A stretch of 63,104 bases of DNA, filler included, from Guillardia theta CCMP2712 (lineage: Eukaryota > Protista > Cryptophyta): assembly GCF_000315625.1 (NCBI RefSeq). It is 4 parts of 4 records of this genome, joined end to end, with 100 filler letters (N's around TTAATTAATTAA, not from the genome) between each part and the next. Parts side by side here need not be neighbours in the genome. Positions count along the whole stretch, not along the records: positions 32,771 to 63,104 come from NW_005434459.1; 3 more parts are not named here. The stretch is one strand, 5' to 3'. A program made the translations under genes and the position numbers. The notes under the pieces are model-generated. The model saw only the letters and a program-made list of their open reading frames with translations. It made no database searches and had not been told where the DNA came from. Numbering within the stretch: the first letter of the stretch is position 1; each line of letters begins with the position of its first letter. Positions 36,708 through 50,313 of the stretch are shown one piece after another.

Positions 36708-39582
36708 ATGGCAGCGATAGCGCTCATGGTCGTCATGGCGTGCTGGGAAGCAGCTGGGGCGATAGAGATCCTCTCGCCGAGACCTCGAGAGCTCTTCTCC
36801 TCCCTCCCCGTCTCTCCTCCTCTCCTCCTCTCCCCTGCCATGACGAGGACGGCAGGTGCCGATCTTGATCCGGATGTCAGAGGAGGAGGTTGAGATACCA
36901 GGTTTGAGGAGGAGGGTGCGAGGTATAGAGGGATGATGGCGAGAGCAGAGGCGAAGCTGGGGTTGGGGATCAACGGGAGGCATCTCTACGACATCCCTGC
37001 CAGCAGCTTGATCGAGGTTTGCTGAGGAGTTTGAGCAGAGTTTGAGCCACAGCCTAACTTGCGGGCAGACGTCGTGCGGAGATTTCAAGGAAGGGTCGAA
37101 TGAGATTGCTGTCTACTTCATGAGGAGAGACCAGGAAGCTCCTCAAGTGTTTCAGTTCAACATCACGATAAGGCTTGATGCAGATCAGGTGCTGTGTGCC
37201 AGGCTGCTCGCCGCCCCCTTGCCTGACCTGCTGCTTGCTGTCAGAACGAGATGATTTTCTATATCCCCCCGAAAGACTCCGCCCACCCTCGTATCCTCCA
37301 TCACCTCGTCACGCCACGTCAGCAGAGGCCAGACGATGTTCAGCGATGCTACAGCAAGACCTGCTCTGCTCAGGCATGACTGCTGCTCCCTTCCCCTTCC
37401 CGACCTCACTGGTGGGCGCAGGGAGGTCACGCGGCACCAGCGTTTCAGAAGCTGCAGGAGTACGTCGAGAGGACGAACAGGCACGTCCATGCGGCTGGTC
37501 TCCTGGTCTCATCCTGTCTCGCAGCGTCTGGGAGGACGAGGAGAAACTTCGCAACGCCAAGTTCCTCATAGCTCGTCACTTCCCTACCAGGCAGCCCTGA
37601 AGCCTCCTTGTAGTCACTGCGCCAGTGTCTCATCTTGGTTGACAGCGGGATGGGAAACATGTTCCAGTCTCTTGTCTCAGCGTTTCTCGCGGCATATCTG
37701 ACTGATAGAGTGAGTTTCGTCCTGCCGAACCGCCATGGCCTGACTGACTTCCTGTAGATCTTCCTTCATGATGGGTTCTTGATGGAGGAGTTTTTGGATT
37801 TTCCAAGATGTCAGTGTTTGCACAACATTCGCAATCTTGTTTCTCTCACCCTGACTTCCTCACAGTCACCTCAACAAACTACTCACAGATTTTTCACTTG
37901 TTCGGATCTCGACACGTCTTCTTGAACTCGCAGTACTTCATGTACACAGGTGTTCAGGTGAGTCAACCCAGAGCAGGACCTAGGGAGCTGACGACTTGAT
38001 ACCAGGACATGATGCTATGCGACGACCTCTCATCTCGATTCAGGTGAGTCCAGCTCTTGCATGACAAAGTCAAGACGTTTCTCTCAGCGAGCAGTTCGTG
38101 TTCCTGGAGAGTGATCAGTACTTTGCTGGGCTGCTGATCAACAACGATTACTACGCCTTGGAGTATCCATCCTTGTTTGCTGCTCCATCCCACCTTTCAC
38201 TGTGGGTATCCAGGTTGCAAAGGCTCTTTGGCGACAAGATGTTTGGCATCATATCAAGCTTCCTGTTCCAACTGCGCCCGGAGATCGACCGGGAGGTCAT
38301 GCTGACGACTCTGATGACTCGCAAGACACACCTTGACTGTTCCCGGAGCAGGTCACTGAATTCTACGAGGCAAACCTGGCTGGTCGTCGGTCAGTCGGTC
38401 TAGTTCACCTGCTAGGAGGAAGAGGAGACGTAACCATCCCAGCAGGCATCCACGTACGAACTCACACGCTGGGTCATCCTGGGTACATCGAGCCCTACTC
38501 GCTCGTAGACCATCACGGTCATTTTCTTAACTCGTACTGGTCAGTCTGCTCCTCCTCAGCCCCTTGTTCTCCATCGTGCCCTCTTCATCCTTCTCCTCCA
38601 CCAATCCTCCCCCTTTACCTTTCTATATTCTTCTCCTTCCTCTCTTTCTCCCACTTCCCCACCGTCTCTCTCCTCTCTTGCTCCCCTTGAACGTTCACCT
38701 TAGTTGATCATCCCACTTGCCCAGGAAATGCGCAAGTTTGGCCGGGGGGGCGACGAGCTACGGGGAGGACGAACTGATCCCTGCTGTGCGGCGTCGACCC
38801 TCCTACACTCCCTCCCTTCACCAGCTCCTACCAGGTGATGCTTGTCACCGACAACCCTTCCATCCGACAAGAAGCCTACCGCAACCTCGGCGACCAGCTC
38901 GTGATCCGAGAGGTCTCGCCGAGAGCTGAGAAATTCCTTCTGACGGCTTTGCGGCAGGGCCCCATCACCCGCAGCAATCTTGAAGGACAGGTTGACTAGC
39001 TGAGAGGGGGAGCAGGCAGGCCTGACGCGCCGCCAGCGCTCTGCACTGGTCGATCTTGTGCTCCTTTCCCTGTGTGACGTCATCATCACTACTCAGGTCG
39101 TGTCTCCCTCGGACTGTACGGTACCGTTGACAGCCTGGCAGATGAGCACTTTCTCTTACGTAGCTCACGCCCTGTCCTCCAAGGTCCCTTACATCGTCAA
39201 CTTTCAAGGGGCGTGTGTCAGGTGCTACCTTGGAAGGGATACGTAGGACTATGGTGACGTCACCATGGAAGGGGAAGGGAGGAAGTGGAGGCGATGGTGA
39301 CGTAACTATGGAAGGGAAGAGGGGATAGAGAGGGAGATAGTGATGGGTCATGGTAGGGACATCTCATCCGAGCCCTGTGTGCATGCATGGCGACATATTG
39401 CCGTGGGTTCCCACGTGAGCTGACGCCTCTTGGCTGCCGTGACCTGACTGGCTCTGCAAGTGTCTTCAAGGAGAACTGCCTGTGTCCAGTACCATCGAGA
39501 CAAGAAACTGCGGGTACTATACGCAGGTATCAAATGCGATGACGATGGTGGGGAACTGAACATGTGTCAAAGCAATCTTTGA
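36708..39582 (+). CDS. GT37-like alpha-1,2-fucosyltransferase (plant FUT1/MUR2 family-like), signal peptide, multi-exon
   Basis: GMGNMFQSLVSAFLAAYLTDR (cf. GLGNR..FLYALLTDR); ESDQYF; GIHVR; ALVDLVLLSLCDVIITTQ/MSTFSYVAHAL; SSEPCVH; N-terminus MAAIALMVVMACWEAAGA. Confidence 0.75.
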
Positions 39583-39720
39583 CAGCACCCAAGAACTGCG
39601 AGTGGATCAGTTGAGCCTCTCGGAAACATTTTGCTTGCTAACAGATCTAGCGATCAGTCCCTACATGTAAGATAGAATCGCTCATCTATTATTGTTTCGC
39701 TTGTAATTATGTAAATCACA

Positions 39721-42700
39721 TCATCCAATAATCCTGAAAGTCAAAGTAAGGATAGTTTCCTGTTTGTCTTTCCCAAGTACGAGCTTCTCCTTCTTATACA
39801 ACTGGAAATCCTTGGTCTCAGAAGTTCCATTCCCTCTGTCATACAGTCCTTGCAAAAAGTCGGCGCTGATCCTCACGCTCCCTACCTTGTCGTTCGAGCC
39901 AATGATGTTGTAGTCCCAAACCTCTGCTACCATCTCCTTGACCTCCCCTCCTCCCTCTACCTCGAAGTCTAGTCGCTCTCCCCAGTCTGGCGAGTACGTG
40001 TTCTTCTTCACCGACGACTTCCGCTCCTCCCCGCTGTAGTTGATCACGCAGTACGCGTCGCAAGTCCCCATCGTGTCCATCTTCGGCAGATGCCGCGCTG
40101 ACTCTACCACAACCTCCAGCCTCGCCCGTCTCGTCAAGGCTGCGATCGCCTCCTCGTCCCCTGCCTGTGGCTCGATCTCTAGCTCCCCTTCCTTCTCGAA
40201 ACGCAGCGAGATCTCCGCCTTCTGCTTGTCGTGCCCTACCACCGCCTTGTTGTTCTCGTCCTTGATCTCGAAGCGCCTTGCTTCGCCTGACCTCAAGCAC
40301 GCCCGTAGCTCTGCCGCACTGATCCTCACGCTCCCTACCTTGTCGTTCGACCCGACCATGTCGTAGTCCCATACGTCTACCGTCATCTCCTTGACCTCCC
40401 CTCCTCCCTCTACCTCGAAGTCTAGTCGCTCTCCCCAGTCTGGCGAGTACGTGTTCTTCTTCACCGACGACTTCCGCTCCTCCCCGCTGTAGTTGATCAC
40501 GCAGTACGCGTCGCAAGTCCCCATCGTGTCCATCTTCGGCAGATGCCGCGCTGACTCTACCACAACCTCCAGCCTCGCCCGTCTCGTCAAGGCTGCGATC
40601 GCCTCCTCGTCCCCTGCCTGTGGCTCGATCTCTAGCTCCCCTTCCTTCTCGAAACGCAGCGAGATCTCCGCCTTCTGCTTGTCGTGCCCTACCACCGCCT
40701 TGTTGTTCTCGTCCTTGATCTCGAAGCGCCTTGCTTCGCCTGACCTCAAGCACGCCCGTAGCTCTGCCGCACTGATCCTCACGCTCCCTACCTTGTCGTT
40801 CGACCCGACCATGTCGTAGTCCCATACGTCTACCGTCATCTCCTTGACCTCCCCTCCTCCCTCTACCTCGAAGTCTAGTCGCTCTCCCCAGTCTGGCGAG
40901 TACGTGTTCTTCTTCACCGACGACTTCCGCTCCTCCCCGCTGTAGTTGATCACGCAGTACGCGTCGCAAGTCCCCATCGTGTCCATCTTCGGCAGATGCC
41001 GCGCTGACTCTACCACAACCTCCAGCCTCGCCCGTCTCGTCAAAGACTGCGATCGCCTCCTCGTCCCCTGCCTGCTCCTCGATCTCTAGCTCCCCCTCCC
41101 TTCTCGAAACGCAGCGAGATCTCCGCCTTCTGCTTGTCGTGCCCTACCACCGCCTTGTTGTTCTCGTCCTTGATCTCGAAGCGCCTTGCTTCGCCTGACC
41201 TCAAGCACGCCCGTAGCTCTGCCGCACTGATCCTCACGCTCCCTACCTTGTCGTTCGACCCGACCATGTCGTAGTCCCATACGTCTACCGTCATCTCCTT
41301 GACCTCCCCTCCTCCCTCTACCTCGAAGTCTAGTCGCTCTCCCCAGTCTGGCGAGTACGTGTTCTTCTTCACCGACGACTTCCGCTCCTCCCCGCTGTAG
41401 TTGATCACGCAGTACGCGTCGCAAGTCCCCATCGTGTCCATCTTCGGCAGATGCCGCGCTGACTCTACCACAACCTCCAGCCTCGCCCGTCTCGTCAAGG
41501 CTGCGATCGCCTCCTCGTCCCCTGCCTGTGGCTCGATCTCTAGCTCCCCTTCCTTCTCGAAACGCAGCGAGATCTCCGCCTTCTGCTTGTCGTGCCCTAC
41601 CACCGCCTTGTTGTTCTCGTCCTTGATCTCGAAGCGCCTTGCTTCGCCTGACCTCAAGCACGCCCGTAGCTCTGCCGCACTGATCCTCACGCTCCCTACC
41701 TTGTCGTTCGACCCGACCATGTCGTAGTCCCATACGTCTACCGTCATCTCCTTGACCTCCCCTCCTCCCTCTACCTCGAAGTCTAGTCGCTCTCCCCAGT
41801 CTGGCGAGTACGTGTTCTTCTTCACCGACGACTTCCGCTCCTCCCCGCTGTAGTTGATCACGCAGTACGCGTCGCAAGTCCCCATCGTGTCCATCTTCGG
41901 CAGATGCCGCGCTGACTCTACCACAACCTCCAGCCTCGCCCGTCTCGTCAAGGCTGCGATCGCCTCCTCGTCCCCTGCCTGTGGCTCGATCTCTAGCTCC
42001 CCTTCCTTCTCGAAACGCAGCGAGATCTCCGCCTTCTGCTTGTCGTGCCCTACCACCGCCTTGTTGTTCTCGTCCTTGATCTCGAAGCGCCTTGCTTCGC
42101 CTGACCTCAAGCACGCCCGTAGCTCTGCCGCACTGATCCTCACGCTCCCTACCTTGTCGTTCGACCCGACCATGTCGTAGTCCCACACGTCCACCGTCAT
42201 CTCCTTGACCTCCCCTCCTCCCTCTACCTCGAAGTCTAGTCGCTCTCCCCAGTCTGGCGAGTACGTGTTCTTCTTCACCGACGACTTCCGCTCCTCCCCG
42301 CTGTAGTTGATCACGCAGTACGCGTCGCAAGTCCCCATCGTGTCCATCTTCGGCAGATGCCGCGCTGACTCTACCACAACCTCCAGCCTCGCCCGTCTCG
42401 TCAAGGCTGCGATCGCCTCCTCGTCCCCTGCCTGTGGCTCGATCTCTAGCTCCCCTTCCTTCTCGAAACGCAGCGAGATCTCCGCCTTCTGCTTGTCGTG
42501 CCCTACCACCGCCTTGTTGTTCTCGTCCTTGATCTCGAAGCGCCTTCCTTCGCCTGACCTCAAGCACGCCCGTAGCTCTGCCGCACTGATCCTCACGCTC
42601 CCTACCTTGTCGTTCGAGCCAATGATGTTGTAGTCCCATACGTCTACCGTCATCTCCTTGACCTCCCCTCCTCCCTCTACCTCGAAGTCTAGTCGCTCTC

Positions 42701-45700
42701 CCCAGTCTGGCGAGTACGTGTTCTTCTTCACCGACGACTTCCGCTCCTCCCCGCTGTAGTTGATCACGCAGTACGCGTCGCAAGTCCCCATCGTGTCCAT
42801 CTTCGGCAGGTGCTGAGCGCGCAGCAAGTGTAAGATAAGTCTTCCTGAAGCACCTTGATGTTGGCCTTTGCCTTTCTGTGTCACTTGCTTAGCTAGTTTT
42901 AGCTTCAAGAGAGTCTTTTCTTTGTTATGGCCTTGAACTGGTGCACCACTCTTGTCGACTATTTGCCTTTCGATCTCCTGAATATTTTCCTGCTGGCCCT
43001 TTGTCAAGTTTCCGAGCTCGTCCTTTCCGATGCAAAGTTGTCCTACGTGTTGGGCCTTACCGATCTTGTTGTCGTCAAATATCTCGAGCAACAAGTCTTG
43101 TGGCAAATCTTTGTTCGTGCCCAGAGGTAATTGGAATTGTTCACCCCATTTCGCTTCGTAGCTGTTTGGTATCACACGTGTTTTGTATGTTTTTCCCTGC
43201 CATGCAATTGAGCAAAATGCATCGCATTTCCCGAAAGTGTCCATCTTTGGAAGATTCACAACCGAAATAATTGTAATGACCAAAGAGGAGAATTGTTTGT
43301 CCTCCAGAATTTCAAATTTCATCTGCACTTCCCCTAAAGTCTGCTCATCTTTCAAATCTCGGATTTCGCAAGTCACCACTTCGGGTTTGTTTCCATGATT
43401 TCCAAGAATTTCCAAGGCTTTCGATATTTCATTGGAACGAAAATCTGCATTGCCAAATGCCGAGCTTTCGGCATTCGACGAATAGATGAAAAACGAGAAA
43501 TTCAAACCTGCATCAAAGAATGCCTTGTTTAGGTCGATCATGAATCGCTTTTCCCAAATCGCCTTTCCAGAGTTGACTTTCGCCTTGTCTCCTTTGAGCA
43601 AATCTGCTCCAGTCTTAATAAGGAAGGACATTTCAGCTTTCTCGTTCGGAACAACAAGATCAATTGCGGAGAGGATATGCAATGTCATCTTCCTGTTGAT
43701 GAACTTCTCATGCGTGTGATCGATCAGTGCTGGAGAATCTTTCAGTTCAAGTGGTGGAAACCCGTCGCCTAAAAGGAGAGCATCACCATTTTCAGACAAC
43801 TGGTTGATTAGATGCTCTGCATCATCTCGATCGTTGCAGATAATCCTTAGCTTGACCACAATCCAACGTGCTCGGAGGTCGACGATTTCATAGAAGACTC
43901 TTGAGAGATCCCTTGAAGTGACTGACGCTACATGCCGTTTAAATTTCTCATGCATGACTTCTGAGTAACAGAAACTAGGATCCTGACAAGTCACAGAAAA
44001 CTCGACCTCGAAGAACTTTCGCTCCTGCAACAACTCGACTGCATTCCTTTGATTCTGCAAGAGATCATGCAGATCCTGGAGGAATGACTCCCGCATGTAT
44101 AAGCCCTCGTTTTGCAGCAGGTTGGAGAGAGAAAGAGTCTGATCTGTAAGATTCTTCACAATTTGACTCTTCATTCCATCCAGGCTTGATTTTTGTTGTT
44201 TGTTCTTTGTGAACATGCTGAGCATTCGTTCGAAAGCCATTTTTTCTTCCTGTGCTCGTTGCTCCTCCAAAAGCTTCAACTGCGCTAATCTCTCCTCTTC
44301 GGCTCTTCTTCGTTCCTCTGCAATTCGCTTGCGAACACGGAAACCTCTGTACAGCGCTTGGATCTTTGTGACAGCTGAAGTCTTTAGCGCCATAAAGGCT
44401 TCAGCATCTAGAACAATCTTCCAACAATACATAGTCAGGTCATGATGACCAATGCTCAATATCATTTCATCTGATGCTATTGCCTCACTCGTGAAGACAA
44501 CAGACCCGACTTTACCCGCATGAGACGGACTAGTAGCCATGATGCGTGATTTATCTGTCTGTTTCACATCTAAGGATGGGCAGAGAAAGATGTGACCCTT
44601 CTCGTCTCCGAGCAAGGATATCTTCAGGTTGGGATCAGACTGGGCGGTCACAGTTGCCTTCCCATGAAAGACTTCTTCGACAAGATTCTGTTCATAAGGC
44701 TCCGATGACATGCTCGACCAGCCAGAGCGACTAGAGGGATCATCTAACCATGTCTTGAAGCCTTCCCAGAGGGATCGACTGTCTGTTCCCACGCTGTCTG
44801 GCTGAGATAGGTCAAGACCTTCAACAGAAGGCATGAGGATTTGAGGTGGGTTACAACTCCAATGAATCACTTCACTTGATACCGTCTTAGTTCGAAGGTA
44901 CATGCCACCCGTTGACCAATCAATATTGGTAATATAACCAGCGGTAACAACAGAAGGCAGGTGAGTAGTTTCCTCCGACAGAGAACCATGTGTTGAAAGG
45001 GAGGTGAAGATTCCTCCAGTGATGATCTTCGTGATTTTTTTGCAATCGGCATGCTCCATCCTCACTACCCCGAAGGCAGCAAATTGATTGTTGGGACTAA
45101 ATCTCACTGAAGTGACAAAATTCAGATTCGTCCGAAGTTCTTGAATGATATTGAGAGAAGCTGAATCAACAAGCAAAACATTTCCTTGCATCGTTCCGAG
45201 AGCAATATGCATTCCTTCAGGTGCCCAGTCAGCACAGATGACATACTCGTTCAACATTTTCCTAGCTATCAGAGGTTTCTTACTTCTTGAGCGAAGATCC
45301 CATCGCATCACAGCTCGATCACTTCCAGCCGTGACACATTGTAAGTCTGACGGATGGACGACCAACACTGTGTGAGGGAAGCCGAATAGTCTGTACAAGT
45401 CGTAGGAATCAGGTTTGCGGATTGATTGCAAATGACCTGATTGAAAGAGTTTGTCGTAGGGTCCACACTGTAAGCTGATGTCGGAGGCAGAGAGGATTGG
45501 CGATTCTCTTGAGACTTCAAAATTGGCATTGGGCAGGAAGCTCTTCAGCTTGTCGATCTCTATTCCTTGAGCAATCTGAAGAAACCCTTTCACCTTGCGA
45601 TCTGTCGAAGACGACGTGAACTCATGCCAAGCACGAGGAGCAGAGCCCTGGTTCTGCCTGCCGATGTCTGGATCAATCTTTGAGCGGTTGGAATAAATAA

Positions 45701-48700
45701 TGAAAGTCGACTGAGCTGCCAGATCTTGCAATCGTTCGAGATCATGATCCGTTGGATCCATGAGGGTGAACTTCCAGTTCTGAGAGACTTCAGAAGGTTG
45801 AACGATCTGCGTGTGGCTGCATGTGATAAGCTTGATGATCCCAAACCTGCTCATCTCCAGATCGATCAATTCATTGTTGGAAAACCCAAGGACAAGGTGC
45901 AAACCGTCGTCTCGTATCACTGGACAAATAATCCTCAGACAGCTTCCATTTGTCTCACCGCGGGTATACGGAACATTGCTCTCTGGACTGGCGGTACTGA
46001 CCATCAGCGTGTTTACATCCCATGTCTTGATCATCCCATCCTTTCCGCCAGTGTAGATGATATTCTCCTGCAGGCTGACCTCGAACACACCTCCAGCATG
46101 TAACCGCCTGATCCTGTTGTTCGTCTTAAGCCCATACCACACCAGAACATCGCCGTCGCTCATCCCCGTCACCATCACTTTCCTGTTCACAAACACTGCA
46201 CAAGTCGCAAAGACTGGATCTTCACCATCTGCTTTGTGTCTGATCTTCCCCTTCTGCTCTGTCAGACTGGCTTCCACCTTCGTCTCCTGCCTCACAAGCT
46301 TCAAACTCCAAAAGGAAACGTCCGCCATCCCGCAAGAAGCTCCACAGATGACCTCCATGTCACTCCCTTCCTCTCCCTCGTCGTAGAAAGGATTCGCTGC
46401 AAGTTCCCAACACGGGGCCCCATCTTTAACCCTAGCAACGGCAATCCTTTCCATCCGCACCCAATCCCACATGCTGACGGTGTCGTCTGCTACATGTCCA
46501 CCTAATGTGAGGAGGTATCTTTTCATGCAGAAGGACAACCTGGACACGCTGTGATCATGTTGCAGAAGAGAGAATCGATGAGCATCGAGAGTCCGCCAGA
46601 CGTGGACTGCACCTTCACTTCCTGATTCACCTGAAGCTACCAACATGTGATGATCACGGTCGGCAGTGATGTAGTCATCCCTCTCCTTGATCCGATGTTT
46701 GGTCTCTACCACCGATATGCAGTGGACGTCCCTCTTGTGTTGTGTGTATATTAGCTGTTTCTCCTTGTCAAGGTTGTAGACGACGCACAGCTTGCCCGAG
46801 AAATAAACAATACAGCCTTTCTCAACGCAAAAAACATTCTTTCGACAATCAAAACCTCGATAACCATGAATAAAAGTGACAGACAGATCTTTGTCTTTCA
46901 TCCATTCGTTCTCATTCACTTGCCCACTGTTGATCGTTGGAAGATCGTTGTTCGCTTCTTCGAAGTCAGTAATGCCTCTGGAAGGCAACACGTCTTCAGG
47001 ATACATCTGACATTTTTCCATCAAACTTTGGAGCTCGGCGCCGAGAACACCCTTAGACACAGAAAGCTTTTCCTGATTGCTAGAATCCTGTTTTTGCGAT
47101 CGAAGCAACTGGAATTGAGCCACGCAGAATTCTTCAGCCATCACAGCAACAACAGAATCTTTCTCTCTCAGCTCAAGGTGTGAGCTTCGACTTCCGGCAC
47201 ATCTAAGCATGTGAACTGAAGTCGAGTACGTGTCAAATACTTTCATGTCAGTGTTTTCTAAACTGGGATAAGATGACATGATGATCTTATTCGTGTTGCA
47301 ACCAGCAAGAATTAGATCATCGAAGCTTCTGTCAACAGATGTGATGTGGTGGTCTTGAATCTCTCTGGAGTACAATCCTACCATGGGCCAGCCTATCGGG
47401 CAATGCTGTGTATCCCAGTCAGAATTTCTGACAGAAGTCTTGCTTCCAACGACTTTACATTGATCAACTTCAAGGAAAACCAGTTCGAAATTGGAAGTAG
47501 AAATCTGAAGAAAGCTCGAACATCTGCTCCAATCAATGTTCGTTACATGCCCCGAGACAACCAACTGCTTTCTTGTGCTGAAGACGTAATTTGAAAAATC
47601 TTGCTTAGAGTATATTTCAATCAGATTCTCGCTGTTCGCAACTGCCAATTTCAAGCCATCACTGCTGTATTTTACAACTCGTACGTCAGACGATCCGAGC
47701 TCTCTCAAAGTAAAAAGCTCTTGTAGACCGGAAGCTGAAAACCCAAAGATCTTGAGAATTCCATTGGTTAGGCCTGCACAGAGATGTTCATTTTCACCAG
47801 GGGAGATGTCAAGACAGCTAGCAGTATGCTGAATGTCAGCTGGGGCACCACCAATCCTGCACACGACATGTCGATTGATGATCCTCTTGGTCTCGAGGTC
47901 CCACAACCTCAAAGTCCCATCTGATCCACTTGTTGCGAATATTGGTCTTGAAGGATGGATACAGACGGCAATAGGCGTGTTAACATGTGCGGAGATGACG
48001 CATTCACAGTCCGCCATCACCGACCCTCCTTTGTGCAAGCTGACCTGCAAGTTGCATGTTAGCCGACCGAGAGGTTGTTTTCCATCAGAAGGATTCGCAT
48101 GTTTCAGCATGCAAGTAAGGCAAGGGAAATACAAAGGCTGGTCCACATTAGAAGGCTTCTCACCTGATAAACTTCGTTCGAGTCGAGGCCAACAGTGATG
48201 GTGGCAAACAGGGATTCCTCTGAAAGGCGAACGACAAGTGAAGAGATGCTCACCGGCCTAGCGTGTAATCCTTTTGATCCTTCAGTATTCGTTGGAAAAT
48301 GCACCTGAGGGCTTGCAGGAGAAGGCAATTTTTCCGTCTCTTGCTTCAAGTGAATCTTTTGCATCATTTCTCGGCAGTTGATGGACCCCACAAGAGTCAG
48401 AAATTCTCGCCCTGCACCTTTCTGTGCCAGCGAGAAAGTCCACAGGCGAACAACTCCATCTCTACTGCCACTGTAAATCAAATCCTCTCGGCATACCAAC
48501 TGCATGATTGGCTTTGAGTGTGCTCCCGTCAAGTTGTGAATAACAGCTGAAGTTTTCCACAGGTAGATGCTTCCATCTTGCATGCCGCTGACCGCATGAG
48601 CCCGATCCAAGAACGCGACGCTGCATGCCGTCTGGAGGGTCCCAACATCTCCGACAACTCCATACCTGCTGGTCAACTCCTTTTCTGCAACCGTCCAGAA

Positions 48701-49863
48701 CCTGTCAACACCAATTAATGTTGACATACCAGGCCATTGTAATTTCGACACGACAAGCTGATGACACATACATTTCGTCATGATGACAATCACTGACATT
48801 TATACAGACATGTCTGGCACATCGACTAAATATTCTATGTCCACCACTCTCTCCACCCTCAAGTCTCAGCTTACCTCACACAAGAGCCACCGACTGTCGC
48901 AAACATGGGAGGATCATTCTTGCTGATGAAGGGGTTGAACTTCAGCTCAAAGATCACACTTTTCCCGCTGCTTGCTTTGGCAACCAGAGCTCCTTCCTCC
49001 CACTTCCACACGAAGATGTCCCAGCTGCAATCAATGGCAACGACCATGTCGTCGCGAGGAGAAAACTGCGTAGAAACAAAGTAATACTTCTCGACGGATG
49101 AAACCTTTTCTCCAGTCACTTCTAGCGATCCGAGTTGCATCATGTTCTGAGAGTCCCATACAAAGATCTGATTTTTCTGTCCGACGCTGCATGAAACAAC
49201 TCTGACCAATTGGTGGTCAATATTGAAGCAAGTTATTTTCTTCGAATGTTTCCGAAAGAACCTCTGTGTGCGTGTCTCCTTGTTGAGGACAACTACAACC
49301 GACGAAATGGCATAGATCAGTTCCCCAACAACGTTGATGTTCAGGTTCCCTTGCTGTTTCGCCTGGTTGCATCCATAGATGAACTCGAGCTGCAAGGAAG
49401 CAGTGGGAGCACCACGAGACGCCTCTCCAGGATCAACCCAGCCATCTGGGGCAAAGGCTTCTGCTTTCCAGGGGCTCGTGGAAGAGATGTATTCTTCCAT
49501 TCCTCTGCGAAAATTCAACGTGATGTCCATCCCTCCTTTCCCTGGTGCTTTGATCGAGGGAGCTCCTCCCACATACGCACGAGATTGTAAGTTCCATGCT
49601 TTCTTCAACTCCCTGATGGCGTGGAGGATGGTGAGCCGAACGTCCAACCTTGCGATCTCGTAAGGATGGCTCTTTAACAAACTGCTTCCGGTGGAGGCAT
49701 CGAGGCTCATCAACCGCTCTCCATTGACGCCAACATTGCGAAACAATGCTGGGATGTGCTTGGGGAGCTTCGGGGACCCACTCTCGGTTCGGAGGGAGAG
49801 CAACCAATCATGGACGTCTGCGGCGGACCAGCTGTAAACGTTCTTGTTGACGAGATGACTCAT
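39721..49863 (-). CDS. Giant EML/EMAP-like protein: SAM + two HELP/WD40 (TAPE) units + IQ + coiled coil + about 9 C2 domains; apparent frameshift at ~41040-41100
   Basis: SAM (VYSWSAADVHDWL..ILHAIRELK); HELP motifs LQLEFIYGCN and LSVTFIHGYRGFDCRKNV; many WD40 repeats; IQ (KIQALYRGFRVRK); C2 (HLPKMDTMGTCDAYC..VWDYD..NDKVG); introns near 48702-48874 and ~48120-48165. Confidence 0.9.
39860..42810 (-). repeat. 453-bp (151-codon) near-identical tandem repeat, about 6.5 units encoding 7 C2 domains
   Basis: Antisense ORF copies start at 40040, 40493, 41401, 41854 and 42307 (453-bp spacing, one 455-bp unit). Confidence 0.95.
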
Positions 49864-49907
49864 GGTCTTGAATGAGTGTCAACCTTCATCTGTCCCCGCG
49901 TCTCATC

Positions 49908-50038
49908 TCTCTCTTCAACCCTTCCTCTCTCATATTCGCCCTCCTTCTTCTCTCATATTCGCCCTCCTTCTTCTCTCATATTCGCCCTCCTTCCTCTCTC
50001 ATATTCGCCCTCCTCCTTCTCTCATACTCGCCCTCCTC
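49908..50038. repeat. About 23-bp tandem repeat (TCTCTCATATTCGCCCTCCTTCY) x5 just upstream of the EML gene start
   Basis: Directly visible. Confidence 0.85.
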
Positions 50039-50313
50039 CCGCTCCTCTCGTTTCTCCCGCCATTTTCCCAACAACTCCCCGAAAACTTCGACTACCCAAC
50101 CAAACTTGAAGCACTGAACTAAACGGGCCGGAGCGCCTCAGTGACCGGGGCCTTCTGGCAAGTTGCGGCCGGGCCGCCCGGGTCCGATCAGTGGGTGGGC
50201 CACCCGGACTGAGGCCAATGTGTTAGGCCACCGAGATAGGATTGAGTTACACTGACGGTGTCCGGTGTAAGTAATAGTCGATGATACATAATCGATGATA
50301 CATTAGACTTTTA

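Noticed and set aside
41086-42783. 565-aa Arg/Gly-rich alternative-frame ORF and repeated 108-aa antisense ORFs
   Set aside because: Shadow ORFs of the stop-poor 453-bp coding repeat
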